Source of the DNA: an uncultured Clostridium sp.
GTDB taxonomy: Bacteria; Bacillota; Clostridia; TANB77; CAG-508
Reading direction: 5' to 3'
Assembly (NCBI GenBank): GCA_964618105.1
Contig: CAZUAJ010000001.1
Coordinates: forward strand, 24,896-88,895
DNA length: 64,000 nt
Shown piece by piece: positions 1-10,287 of this stretch. The translations under genes were made by a program, and so were the position numbers. The notes below the pieces were generated by a model that saw nothing but the letters and a program-made list of their open reading frames with translations, was not told the origin of the DNA and made no database searches. Positions within the stretch are counted from its first letter, which is position 1; each line of letters begins with the position of its first letter.

Positions 1-2625
1 AAGCTCTTTATCGAGTCTTGACTGTACTATTTCTGGTAGTTCTTCTCCATATAATTCATGTGCTTTATCATAAGCTATATTTTTAATTGTTTCTTCACAA
101 CCTTCAATATGTGGTGGACATTTTTCAGGTGAAATTGGGCTTATTTTTTCACACATATCTGCTATTTTATTTGTGTTTGTTACAACAACCTCGTAAGCTT
201 TTTCTTCTCCCAAATAATCAAATTCTTTTAGCATTTCATCTGTCGTGCGCAAATATAGTGGTGCTTGTTCGTCCGCATCATCATAGCCTTGTCCAGCCAT
301 TAGTATTCTACGGTAAATTTCGTCTTGTGGGTCCATAAAGTGAACATCGCACGTTGCTACAACTGGTTTCTGTAGTTTTTCGCCAAGTGCAACTATTTTA
401 CGGTTAATGTCTTTTAAATCTTCAACTCCTTGTACTGTTTCATTTCTCACCATAAACATATTGTTTCCAAGTGGTTGAATTTCTAAATAATCATAATCTG
501 CTGCAATTTCTTCTATTTCTTCATCTGTTTTACCTGCTATAATTGCTCTATATATTTCACCTTGTTCACAAGCACTACCTAGTATTAAACCTTCTGAATA
601 TTTTTTATAAAGTGATTTTAATATACGTGGTTTTTTGTAAAAATAGTGTAGATGAGAAAAAGATATTAGTTTATATAAATTCTTAAGTCCTACATAATCT
701 TTTGCAAGTATTATTGCATGATATGTTGAAAGTGATTTGTAATCTGCTTTACCACTTAATTTTTCATCAATATCATCTAATGTTTTTACCCCTTTTTCTC
801 TTAGCATATCAAACATTACATTTAATACTTTTACTGTTGTATCAACATCGTCTAATGCTCTGTGGGCCACTTCAACTTTAATTCCTAATTTTTCAGCTAT
901 AATACCTAATTTATATTTTTTGTAATCTGGAAATAAATCTTTTGCCAAACGCAATGTATCTAAATATGTATTTTCTAATTTTAAACCTAGTAATGTGCAA
1001 TTATGTTTTAAAAAGCCAATATCAAAATCTGCATTATGTGCTACAAGTACACTATCACCTACAAATTCTATAAGTTTTGGCATAACTTTTTCAATTGTTG
1101 GTGCATCTTTAACCATATCGTCTGTTATATTTGTAACATCTACAACTCTTTGTGGAATTGGTTTTTCTGGGTTTACAAATGTACTAAACTCATCTATTAC
1201 TTCTCCATTTTTAACCTTCATTATACCAATTTCGGTAATTTTTTCTGTTCTAAATGAAAAACCTGTGGTTTCTAAGTCAAGCACACAATATATTGTGTCA
1301 TCTAATGGCTGATTTTTAGAAAAAGAAACAGATGGTGTTTTATCTGGCGCCAAATATGCTTCAACACCATATATAACTTTTAAATCTGGGTGGTCTTTTT
1401 CTAAATATTTATGAGCTTCTGGAAATGCTTGTACAACACCATGGTCGGTAATAGCAATTGACTTCATGCCCCATTTTACTGCACGTTTTAGTAAATCTTT
1501 TGCAGATGTCATTCCATCCATTTGACTCATTTGAGTATGCATATGTAACTCTACTCTTTTTACTTTTGATTCATCTTTTCGTACTTCTTTTTTTATTCCC
1601 GTTGACTCTATAACTACGTTTGCAATAACACCTAATTCTTTTGCAAATGGATCAAATTGTGCAGTTCCATTTACTTTAACTCCACTAGCTGATTTTAGTC
1701 TTTTTATTACAGCATCATGTTTATCAGCTTCAACAAATGCTTTACAAGTAATTGTACTTGAACCATCATATAAATCAAATGTTACTAAAAATTTACCGGA
1801 TTTTAATTCTCTTGAATCTGTATTTAAAACTTCTCCATCTAAAAGAACCTTTCCACTATCTACTGATAAATCAATTACTTTTGATAATTCTTCTTTTATT
1901 TTCATGCTTCTACCATAAATTAATGGTGAATTTTCTTCTTGTTCAGGTTTATAAGGAATGTCCACACTGGTTGGAATTGGCGTGTCGAATGTTGGAATAG
2001 AATCTGTTTGATTTTGCATTTTCTTTTCTTTTGCTTGCCTTTTTTCTTCTGCTTGCTCCATAGCCTCTTTTTGTGCAAGCATAATCGCTTGTTTTTCAAG
2101 TTCAATTGCATCTGCTTTATATTGTTCTAGCATTTCAGCTGTAATTTCTTCTTGGTATGAAATTGCATAATTTTTATGATATATATCTGATAATTTTGCT
2201 GATAATATTTTGTCAAAATCTCTGGCCTCCAGTACCATTTTGCCTTTCATTGCAAGTTTTACAGTTATTTTATTTTCTTCTATACTAATACCACTATTTT
2301 TAAGCAGTGCTTTTGTTAATGGATGTTTGTATGCCATATATTCTACTATGTCTGACCATTCTGTTTGTATTTTACTATTTACATTTTCATCAATATTATC
2401 TGTTTCAATTTTTATATTAATATCTTTGAAATTAAAGCGTTTTGCTAAATATTTTTCAAAATCTGTTAGGTCTTTTATTAAAATAGAAGATGTTGCTTTT
2501 AATTTTATTTCTAAAATATTTGTTTTTTTGTATATATTTACACATACAACTTTAGCCTCGCTTAATGCGAAGCTATTTGAGTTATAGTCTTTAAATACTT
2601 GTTTTACTGTTTTTTGTTCTTCCAT
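1..2625 (-). CDS. polC: DNA polymerase III PolC-type, N-terminal part; gene continues beyond the window start
   Basis: Manual translation of minus strand: RBS GAGGA + ATG at 2625 (MEEQKTVKQVFKDY...). PHP motif ELHMHTQMSQMDGMTSAKDLL..IAITDH and exonuclease motif VLVAHNADFD read directly. Not in ORF track because the stop lies outside the window. Confidence 0.85.
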   Translation of the reverse strand, partial: MEEQKTVKQVFKDYNSNSFALSEAKVVCVNIYKKTNILEIKLKATSSILIKDLTDFEKYLAKRFNFKDINIKIETDNIDENVNSKIQTEWSDIVEYMAYKHPLTKALLKNSGISIEENKITVKLAMKGKMVLEARDFDKILSAKLSDIYHKNYAISYQEEITAEMLEQYKADAIELEKQAIMLAQKEAMEQAEEKRQAKEKKMQNQTDSIPTFDTPIPTSVDIPYKPEQEENSPLIYGRSMKIKEELSKVIDLSVDSGKVLLDGEVLNTDSRELKSGKFLVTFDLYDGSSTITCKAFVEADKHDAVIKRLKSASGVKVNGTAQFDPFAKELGVIANVVIESTGIKKEVRKDESKVKRVELHMHTQMSQMDGMTSAKDLLKRAVKWGMKSIAITDHGVVQAFPEAHKYLEKDHPDLKVIYGVEAYLAPDKTPSVSFSKNQPLDDTIYCVLDLETTGFSFRTEKITEIGIMKVKNGEVIDEFSTFVNPEKPIPQRVVDVTNITDDMVKDAPTIEKVMPKLIEFVGDSVLVAHNADFDIGFLKHNCTLLGLKLENTYLDTLRLAKDLFPDYKKYKLGIIAEKLGIKVEVAHRALDDVDTTVKVLNVMFDMLREKGVKTLDDIDEKLSGKADYKSLSTYHAIILAKDYVGLKNLYKLISFSHLHYFYKKPRILKSLYKKYSEGLILGSACEQGEIYRAIIAGKTDEEIEEIAADYDYLEIQPLGNNMFMVRNETVQGVEDLKDINRKIVALGEKLQKPVVATCDVHFMDPQDEIYRRILMAGQGYDDADEQAPLYLRTTDEMLKEFDYLGEEKAYEVVVTNTNKIADMCEKISPISPEKCPPHIEGCEETIKNIAYDKAHELYGEELPEIVQSRLDKEL

Positions 2626-2727
2626 TTTTTCCTCTTTTTACTTGATTTTTATAGATACTAATATTTTTTATTCTGTACAGGATAACTATTTTGTATTTTC
2701 AAGTTCGCTTGTGTGGGAACCAGCAAG

Positions 2728-3462
2728 TTAGAAAATTCTACTCACATCATTATACGTAACTAAAATAGAAAGTCCAATTAAAAGAGCAAAACCAGCCATT
2801 TGAATGGAAATCTCAAACTTTTCACTTAAAGGTTTCCTTCTAATTGCCTCTATAATTAAAAGTACAACTTTTCCGCCATCAAGTGGTGGAAATGGCAATA
2901 AATTTGTAAAGCCTAGTGAAATAGAAACTACTGCTAAAATATATATAAATTCTGCAAAGCCTGTAGTTTGTGCTACTATTTCGCCTATTCCAACTGGTCC
3001 AACCATCTGATCAATTGTTACATTGCCTGTAAATAGCATTTTAATGCTATCTATAAGTGAAAATGCAAATTCTACTGTCATAGATAATGCAACTGATACA
3101 TTTCTTTTAATACAAATTACTAAAATAAAATATACCACTAAAGCAAATATAATATTTACTAATCCGCCTGCTACTACAATTGCTATTCTTTTAGGGATAC
3201 TTGCTTTAGTAAAAGAACCTTCATTTTCTGAATGTTCTTCTTCCCCTTCCATGTTTACAAAACCACCTAACGGAATTAACCTTAATGCATATTTAGTTTC
3301 TTTTTCTTGTTTTTGCCATATTGTTGGTCCAAATCCAATAGCAAATTCATTTACTTTTACTTTGCATAGTTTCGCTACTGTAAAATGTCCGCCTTCATGT
3401 ATTAATACAAGAAATCCTAATATAAACACAATTTTTAATATTGTTATAATTACAGAAACCAA
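2728..3462 (-). CDS. rseP: Site-2 zinc metalloprotease RseP/RasP family, short form with no PDZ domain evident
   Basis: HEGGH zinc motif, LDGG motif, multiple TM segments; only about 30 aa where the PDZ domain normally sits. Confidence 0.75.
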   Translation of the reverse strand: MVSVIITILKIVFILGFLVLIHEGGHFTVAKLCKVKVNEFAIGFGPTIWQKQEKETKYALRLIPLGGFVNMEGEEEHSENEGSFTKASIPKRIAIVVAGGLVNIIFALVVYFILVICIKRNVSVALSMTVEFAFSLIDSIKMLFTGNVTIDQMVGPVGIGEIVAQTTGFAEFIYILAVVSISLGFTNLLPFPPLDGGKVVLLIIEAIRRKPLSEKFEISIQMAGFALLIGLSILVTYNDVSRIF

Positions 3463-3488
3463 TAATTTTCTCTCCTTTTTATGACTAA

Positions 3489-4301
3489 TTATAGTAGCAT
3501 GAACAAAAAGTATGCGAATGGTGCAGCAAATATAACACTATCTATTCTATCTAACATTCCACCATGTCCAGGAATTAAATTGCTAAAATCTTTAATACCA
3601 GTATATCTTTTTATACTTGATGCTGCTAAGTCACCAATTTGGCTTAATATGCTTAATATACTTGTTATAATTGCGACACTTAAATAGTTAAATTCTATGC
3701 TAAATACATATTTGCATACAATACTATATAATATTGCTATTATAACTGCTCCTAAAATTCCACCAATACAGCCTTCTATTGTTTTTTTAGGGCTTATTTC
3801 TGTAAAGTGATGTTTGCCAATTGATTTTCCAACAACATAAGCAAATATGTCTGTTCCCCATGCTGCAAAAAATACAAACCATATTAGCAATTTTCCATGT
3901 TCTAAATTTTCATGTATAACAGAAAGATATATTAGGAATATAACTATATAAAATATTCCAAAAAAAGTAACTGCTATATCTATTATATTAACTTTTAAAT
4001 TTTTTATTATAACATACAAAAATAAAATTGCTAAAGTTATTGGTAATAACAGTCCTATTGTTTTTACCGTCCATTCCTTTGGTATTACATGAATTAATGA
4101 AACCATTGCTGCTAATATATATCCCACCCAAGTAATTGGATTTGCCTTTTCACTTGTACGAAATGCTTTGTAAAATTCATGTAAACACATAATGGCTAAT
4201 ATTGCTATTGCTACATCAACTACATATTTATTACCTAAAATTAATATAGCTGCAGCTACTGGAAATAGAACTAGTCCTGATACAACTCTTTTTACGTTCA
4301 T
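3489..4301 (-). CDS. cdsA: Phosphatidate cytidylyltransferase (CDP-diglyceride synthase)
   Basis: Polytopic membrane protein with CdsA-like C-terminal region; conserved position between uppS and rseP. Confidence 0.8.
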   Translation of the reverse strand: MNVKRVVSGLVLFPVAAAILILGNKYVVDVAIAILAIMCLHEFYKAFRTSEKANPITWVGYILAAMVSLIHVIPKEWTVKTIGLLLPITLAILFLYVIIKNLKVNIIDIAVTFFGIFYIVIFLIYLSVIHENLEHGKLLIWFVFFAAWGTDIFAYVVGKSIGKHHFTEISPKKTIEGCIGGILGAVIIAILYSIVCKYVFSIEFNYLSVAIITSILSILSQIGDLAASSIKRYTGIKDFSNLIPGHGGMLDRIDSVIFAAPFAYFLFMLL

Positions 4302-4380
4302 ATTATTTTTTCCTTTCTCGCTTTGCTTGAGAGCATATATAGTTATGAAAGTTTATATTTCTTTCAAACTTATCCTTTTA

Positions 4381-5088
4381 TTATTTACCACCAAATTTAC
4401 GATTTCTATTTTCAAATATTTGTATTGCATCATCTAAATCTTGTTCTGTAAAATCTGGCCAATATTTTTGTACAAAATAAAATTCTGTATAAGCAAGTTG
4501 CCATAAAAGGAAATTGCTCAATCTTTGTTCTCCACTTGTACGAATTAATAAATCTGGTTCTAATTGTCCTGCAGTATAAAGTGAGTTTGAAATTGTTTCT
4601 TCATTAATATCTTCAACATTTATTTTATTTTCTATTACATCTTGAGATATTTTTTGAACTGCTCTTACAATTTCATCTCTTCCACCATAATTAAATGCAA
4701 TATTTAAAACTAAGCCTGTATTATTTTTTGTTTTTTCTAATATTTTGTTTATACTTTTTTGAAGGCCTGAATCTAATTTTGATACATCCCCTAATATATT
4801 TATTTTTATATTATCAAAATCATTACTTGTTAAAAATTCTTCTAAATATTTTTGAAGTAAAATCATTAATGCACCAATTTCGTCCTTAGTTCTTTTCCAA
4901 TTTTCTGTTGAAAAAGCATAAACCGTCAAATATTTTATTCCAAGCTTATTTGCATATTTAGCAATTTTTTTTAGTGTTTCGGCACCTTGTTTATGCCCTA
5001 ATCTGTAATCTAATCCTTGCTCTTTAGCCCATCTACGGTTACCATCCATAATAATGGCAATATGCTTTAGTAATAATTCATTTTCCAT
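4381..5088 (-). CDS. uppS: Undecaprenyl diphosphate synthase
   Basis: MDGNRRWAK motif and cis-prenyltransferase family features. Confidence 0.9.
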   Translation of the reverse strand: MENELLLKHIAIIMDGNRRWAKEQGLDYRLGHKQGAETLKKIAKYANKLGIKYLTVYAFSTENWKRTKDEIGALMILLQKYLEEFLTSNDFDNIKINILGDVSKLDSGLQKSINKILEKTKNNTGLVLNIAFNYGGRDEIVRAVQKISQDVIENKINVEDINEETISNSLYTAGQLEPDLLIRTSGEQRLSNFLLWQLAYTEFYFVQKYWPDFTEQDLDDAIQIFENRNRKFGGK

Positions 5089-5206
5089 ATTATTTTTTCA
5101 TTCCTTTTTATATAATTTCGGTTACAATTTTAAAAATAATCAGTACATTAGAGTACAAAATTATACTTTAGCTTTATATTGTTTTTAGTAAAGCAAATTT
5201 AGAATT

Positions 5207-5755
5207 TTATATATTTATAATTTCTTTTTCTTTTTTATCTAGTAAAGCATCAACTTCTTCAACTTTTTTGTCTGTTAATTTTTGAATTTCATTTTCTTCA
5301 TTTTTTAAGTCATCTTCTGTTATTTCAGATTTTTTTTGCATTGCTTTGGCTTCGTCAATTGCATCTCTTCTTATTGCTCTTATTGCAACTTTAGCATCTT
5401 CAGCTAATTTTCTAATATCTTTTACAAGTTCTTTTCTTCTTTCTTCATTTAATTCTGGAAAGTTTAATCTTATTGATTTTCCATCATTATTTGGATTAAT
5501 TCCAATATCTGATTTTAATATTGCTTTTTCAATTTCTTTTAAAATACTTGCATCCCAAGGTTGAATTAAAATTGTTCTAGCTTCTGGTACAGAAATACCT
5601 GCTACTTGATTTATTGGTGTTGGAACACCATAATAATCAACCGTAATTTTATTTAATATTGCAGGATTTGCTCTACCTGCTCTAATTTCTGATAAATTTT
5701 CTTCAAAAACACTTATTGTTTTATTCATTTTTTCTTCATACATATTATTTAACAT
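5207..5755 (-). CDS. frr: Ribosome recycling factor
   Basis: 182 aa; typical Frr sequence and pyrH-frr adjacency. Confidence 0.9.
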   Translation of the reverse strand: MLNNMYEEKMNKTISVFEENLSEIRAGRANPAILNKITVDYYGVPTPINQVAGISVPEARTILIQPWDASILKEIEKAILKSDIGINPNNDGKSIRLNFPELNEERRKELVKDIRKLAEDAKVAIRAIRRDAIDEAKAMQKKSEITEDDLKNEENEIQKLTDKKVEEVDALLDKKEKEIINI

Positions 5756-5781
5756 AACTTTTTTCTCCCTTTAATTTATTA

Positions 5782-6495
5782 TTATTTATTTCCAACAAAA
5801 GTACCTACCTTTTCCCCTTTAATTGCCTTTAGCATATTTTCAGGTTCATCAAGTGCAAATACTATAAGTGGTATATTATTATCTTTGCATAATGATATTG
5901 CTGTTGAATCCATTACTTTTAAATTTCTATTTAATACATCCATATATGTAATTTCATCAAATTTAACTGCATTTGGATTTATTTTTGGATCATCCGAATA
6001 TACTCCATCAATTGTTTTGCCAACTAATATTGCATTTGCTCCAATTTCTGCTGCTCTTAGAGCTGCAGCTGTATCTGTTGTAAAAAATGGACTTCCAATT
6101 CCACCACTAAATATAACTACTTTACCATTTTCTAAATGTTTCTCAGCTTTTCTTTTCACATATTGTTCTGCAATTGTTCTCATTTCAATTGCTGTTTGGA
6201 GTCTAGCAGGAACGCCCTTTGCTTCTAATGTATCTTGTAATGCCAAACCATTCATACAAGTTGCAAGCATACCCATGTAATCTGATGTTGTTCTGTCCAT
6301 ATTATGTCCATTTTTTCCTCTCCAAAAGTTTCCACCACCAACAACAATTGCAACTTCTACACCTAGTTCAACAAGTTCTTTTATTCTGTCACATACATTG
6401 TTTATTGTTTCAGCATTTACTCCGTGTTTTGTTTCTCCCGCAAGTGCTTCTCCACTAAGTTTTAATAGCACTCTTTTATACTTTAATTCGGCCAA
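5782..6495 (-). CDS. pyrH: UMP kinase
   Basis: KLSGEAL...VVGGGN amino-acid kinase motifs. Confidence 0.9.
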   Translation of the reverse strand: MAELKYKRVLLKLSGEALAGETKHGVNAETINNVCDRIKELVELGVEVAIVVGGGNFWRGKNGHNMDRTTSDYMGMLATCMNGLALQDTLEAKGVPARLQTAIEMRTIAEQYVKRKAEKHLENGKVVIFSGGIGSPFFTTDTAAALRAAEIGANAILVGKTIDGVYSDDPKINPNAVKFDEITYMDVLNRNLKVMDSTAISLCKDNNIPLIVFALDEPENMLKAIKGEKVGTFVGNK

Positions 6496-6635
6496 ATATT
6501 AACACTCTCCTTAATACTAAATTTATATGCTCTATTCTATCATAGTTTGTTTCCTTTTACATCTTTTTTTAAAAAAATTTTATAAAAAACTGTATTTTTT
6601 GTTAACTATATACCAATAATAATTAAAAAGGTGAT

Positions 6636-7340
6636 ATGATGAATCAAATTTTAGATAAAAAAAACATTTTTAGTTCTAACATATATGTAGAATTTGGTAA
6701 TGATATATTTGAAATTCCCTATGATGAAACAAAAAAAATGTTCAAACTCAAACAATATATAAAGAAAAATAAGTATAAAATTCAATTCATTTTTTCTTTT
6801 TGTATAGCATTATTATTTTTTTTAATTTTATCATTAAATATAATAAAGTCAAACTTTCAAGAAAAAATTTCAAAAAAATTACTTGCCAATTACAAATTAA
6901 CTACACTATATCAAAGTTCTTCTAATAAAAATGTCAATACTGATAATTATTCCCCATTTGTTATAGGTATAATTAAAATTAATAAAATCGACCTAAATTA
7001 TCCTATTTTATCTCAAACTAATGAAGAACTATTAAAAATTTCTGTATGTAAATTTGCAGGACCATTTCCAAATGAAATAGGAAATCTTTGCATTGTTGGT
7101 CACAATTATATTAATAACAACTTTTTTAGTAGACTAAATGAACTTTCAATTGGAGATTCCATAGAAATTTATGACTTAAACGGTAACAAAATGCTATATG
7201 TAATATATCAAAAAAAAGAAGTTGATTCTACTGATTTAAGTTGTACTAGCCAAAATACAGCAAATCAAAAAATTATTACACTTATAACTTGTAGTAATAC
7301 AAATAACTCTAAAAGATTAATTATAAAAGCAAAAAAATAA
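6636..7340 (+). CDS. Sortase, class B-like transpeptidase
   Basis: N-terminal TM, catalytic His in LCIVGHN and catalytic Cys in TLITC motif. Confidence 0.75.
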   Translation: MMNQILDKKNIFSSNIYVEFGNDIFEIPYDETKKMFKLKQYIKKNKYKIQFIFSFCIALLFFLILSLNIIKSNFQEKISKKLLANYKLTTLYQSSSNKNVNTDNYSPFVIGIIKINKIDLNYPILSQTNEELLKISVCKFAGPFPNEIGNLCIVGHNYINNNFFSRLNELSIGDSIEIYDLNGNKMLYVIYQKKEVDSTDLSCTSQNTANQKIITLITCSNTNNSKRLIIKAKK

Positions 7341-7363
7341 GAAGATTTAATCTTCTTATTTTA
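7339..7363. terminator. Bidirectional hairpin between convergent sortase and LPQTG genes
   Basis: AAGAAGATT-TAA-TCTTCTT stem-loop followed by a T run. Confidence 0.6.
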
Positions 7364-7366
7364 ATA

Positions 7367-7729
7367 CTAAATACTTTTATATTTTCTAATTTTAATATAT
7401 GCATATATTGCAGATGCTATACAAACTGTTATAAATACAAAAAGTGTTGTGCTTTCTGCTACACCAGTTTGTGGTAATTTATTTTCTGCTGAAGTGTCTT
7501 TTAAACTATTGTTTTCATTATTTGTATTTGCTTGATTATTAGTTTCTTCATTGTTTGATATTTCATTATTTCCTACATTATTTGTTTCGTTATTTTTCTC
7601 TTTTTCTGTATTTTCATCTATAATAAAATCAGCATCGTCAAAAGCCTTTACTGAAGAAACACTCAATGTAAAAAGCATAAGTACTGCTATAATCATAATA
7701 AATACTATCATTATTTTTTTATTTTTCAT
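7367..7729 (-). CDS. Small LPQTG cell-wall anchored protein, N/E/T-rich low complexity
   Basis: Signal peptide, LPQTG sorting motif then a hydrophobic stretch and KIRKYKSI positive tail; TTGACT-17-TAAAAT promoter upstream. Confidence 0.7.
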   Translation of the reverse strand: MKNKKIMIVFIMIIAVLMLFTLSVSSVKAFDDADFIIDENTEKEKNNETNNVGNNEISNNEETNNQANTNNENNSLKDTSAENKLPQTGVAESTTLFVFITVCIASAIYAYIKIRKYKSI

Positions 7730-7893
7730 ATTTTAAATCTCCTCTTCTTTAGATACATTTCTTATTTATATTATTATCTCTTTGTTTATAAAATAATATT
7801 CATTAACTTACCTATAACATATTTTATACTCATATTTAATATTAGTCAAGTCTTTTTTGCTTTTTTTTGTATTTTTTTGTTTTTTTGCCATTT

Positions 7894-8985
7894 TTAGACA
7901 TTAAATCTAAATAAAACCACATCCCCATCTTGCATTACATATTCTTTACCTTCTGAACGCATTAATCCTTTTTCTTTAACTGCGTTCACAGACCCTTCTC
8001 GTATTAAGTCATTATACGAAACTACTTCTGCACGAATAAATCCTCTTTCAATGTCACTATGAATTTTCCCAGCAGCTTGTGGTGCTTTTGTTCCTTTTTT
8101 TATTGTCCATGCCCTTACTTCTGGTTCACCAGCAGTTAAAAAAGACATTAACCCCAACAAATCATAACTTGCCTTAATTACCATATCTAGCCCTGATTCT
8201 TTAAGTCCCAAAGCTTCTAACATTTCTTTTTGTTCATCATTAGATAAGCTAGCTAATTCTTCTTCAATTTTTACACAAAGTGAAATCACTTCTGCTCCTT
8301 GTTCTTTAGCATATTGTTTTACTGAATTTACACTTTCAGCACTATCAATATTATTCAATTGCTCTTCTGATACATTTGTAACATATAATATTGGTTTCAT
8401 CGTAAGTAAAAAAGCATCTTTTACTATTTCTTTTTCTTCCGCTGAAAAATCCAAAGTTTGAGCCAATTTTCCTTCTTCTAATGCTTTTTTTATTTTTTCA
8501 AAAACATCAAGTTCTTCTTGATATTTCTTTTCTGCTTTTATTTTCTTTTTTGCAGTATCAATTCTTTTTTCAACCGTTTCCAAGTCTGCAAATATAAGCT
8601 CAAGATTTATTGTTTCAATATCACGAATTGGATCTATACTTCCGTCTACATGCACTATATTAGAATTTTCAAAACATCTAACAACTTCAACTATACTGTC
8701 AACTTCACGTATGTGTGATAAAAATTTATTTCCAAGTCCTTCCCCATGACTTGCACCTTTTACTAGTCCCGCAATATCCACAAATTCTATAACAGCAGGC
8801 GTAACTTTTTGCGGATTATAAATTTCTGCTAACCTTGTTAGTCTTTCATCAGGGACTGCAACCACACCAACATTAGGCTCTATAGTACAAAAAGGATAAT
8901 TTGCACATTCTGCTCCTGCTTTTGTTATTGCATTAAATAAAGTACTTTTACCTACATTTGGTAGTCCAACTATTCCCATCTTCAT
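7894..8985 (-). CDS. ychF: Ribosome-binding ATPase YchF
   Basis: GIVGLPNVGKSTLFN P-loop and TGS-type C-terminus. Start moved to MKMGIVG at 8985, with RBS GGAGGAAT upstream. Confidence 0.9.
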   Translation of the reverse strand: MKMGIVGLPNVGKSTLFNAITKAGAECANYPFCTIEPNVGVVAVPDERLTRLAEIYNPQKVTPAVIEFVDIAGLVKGASHGEGLGNKFLSHIREVDSIVEVVRCFENSNIVHVDGSIDPIRDIETINLELIFADLETVEKRIDTAKKKIKAEKKYQEELDVFEKIKKALEEGKLAQTLDFSAEEKEIVKDAFLLTMKPILYVTNVSEEQLNNIDSAESVNSVKQYAKEQGAEVISLCVKIEEELASLSNDEQKEMLEALGLKESGLDMVIKASYDLLGLMSFLTAGEPEVRAWTIKKGTKAPQAAGKIHSDIERGFIRAEVVSYNDLIREGSVNAVKEKGLMRSEGKEYVMQDGDVVLFRFNV

Positions 8986-9061
8986 ATATAATTCCTCCAT
9001 ATCTTTTATAACGCAAACATATTTTAGCATATTTTTCTAAAAATGTATATAAAAAATTACA

Positions 9062-9098
9062 AAAGGAAACATTTTTAATGAATGTTTCCTTTTATTTT
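9062..9098. terminator. Rho-independent terminator, perfect 12-bp stem
   Basis: AAAGGAAACATT-N7-AATGTTTCCTTT then TATTTT. Confidence 0.7.
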
Positions 9099-9331
9099 AC
9101 TAGAGTGAACGTCGTAGTTATCTACAGCTGTTTTCTCTCTTAACGATTGATACAAATATCAATCAAGTTATTTTTACTTTAACATAAAATTTATATTTTT
9201 ACAAGTAGTTTATTAGAAATCACTAACAAATTTTAGAAATGGTTAAGAAATTTAATAATCTATTGTAAAAATAAAGTAGTAATGATAAAATACAATTATA
9301 TTGTAGAAATATAGTAAAAGGGGGTGAAAAA

Positions 9332-10231
9332 ATGGACTATATTGAGAATACTGATACACAATCTGTTGGAAAATTTACAAAGAAATTTATAGCAAACTAT
9401 ATTATTGGTGCAATTCTAATTGGTGTAATTGTTGGCATTATTAGTGAAATTCTGTCAACATTTTTACCTACACAACTACAATCAATTGTTAACTTTTTAC
9501 TAACTATTTTGGGATTTTGGAAGATAAGTTCATCAGCAGTAGAAACTAGTTTGAAAGAAGTAAATATAAATTCAGACAATCTTAATAAGATTTTAAAAAA
9601 TATTTTTATTTTTCTAATTGTTTTATTAGTAATAAATATTTCATTTACATATATATCATTTAAGTTTTCAACTCGTATTTTATCAAGTTTAGCTAATGCT
9701 TTAACTATAAACTTGATTATAAATATAGTTGTAATGATAATACAATATGTAATTATAATGTTGTTCTGTAAGAATAAATTAGAAGAAGTAGTGCTAGGAA
9801 AAGAAACAAATAAAACTTTATATATAGTGCTTTTAGTAATTGCTGTTATAATTTTATGTTCAAGTATAATTTTCAACAACAATAATAATAATTCAACTAA
9901 TAAAGCAGATGGAGAAAATTCATCAATAAGTTCTAAATATACAAATGCTGACTGGAAAAAATATTATTTATCAAGCATTTCTTCAACTGTTGATGAGAAA
10001 ATAGCTACAATTGATGTGCATTTTAGAAATGATACAGAAAAAAACTATAAAGCTGTAAAAGTAATTTGTACTGTTTATAATAAAAAAGACAATTCAATTA
10101 TTGGAGAAAAAGAAATTATTTTTGAAGATGTGGAAACTGGACTTAATTTTGAATATATAAAAGTACCTCTTACAAAGAGTGTTGGAAATAATTTTTCAGT
10201 TGAAACAGAAGCTTATGTACTAGAGAATTAA
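9332..10231 (+). CDS. Hypothetical polytopic membrane protein with poly-N linker and a C-terminal extracytoplasmic domain
   Basis: ORF with RBS GGGGGTG and 4-5 predicted TM helices. Confidence 0.45.
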   Translation: MDYIENTDTQSVGKFTKKFIANYIIGAILIGVIVGIISEILSTFLPTQLQSIVNFLLTILGFWKISSSAVETSLKEVNINSDNLNKILKNIFIFLIVLLVINISFTYISFKFSTRILSSLANALTINLIINIVVMIIQYVIIMLFCKNKLEEVVLGKETNKTLYIVLLVIAVIILCSSIIFNNNNNNSTNKADGENSSISSKYTNADWKKYYLSSISSTVDEKIATIDVHFRNDTEKNYKAVKVICTVYNKKDNSIIGEKEIIFEDVETGLNFEYIKVPLTKSVGNNFSVETEAYVLEN

Positions 10232-10287
10232 ATATTATAAAAATAGCATTGTCATACTAAAAAGTATTGACAATACTATTTTTGTTT

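Noticed and set aside
995-1312. Plus-strand ORFs (995-1312, 1036-1257, 1752-2000, 1939-2130, 2210-2587) inside the polC region
   Set aside because: They are antisense to a continuous, motif-rich PolC reading frame on the minus strand. They are low-complexity and lack RBS.
7730-7893. T-rich block cttttttgcttttttttgtatttttttgtttttttgcc downstream of ychF
   Set aside because: It is low-complexity AT-rich intergenic sequence. It carries the TTGACT-17-TAAAAT promoter of the LPQTG gene, and nothing further could be supported.
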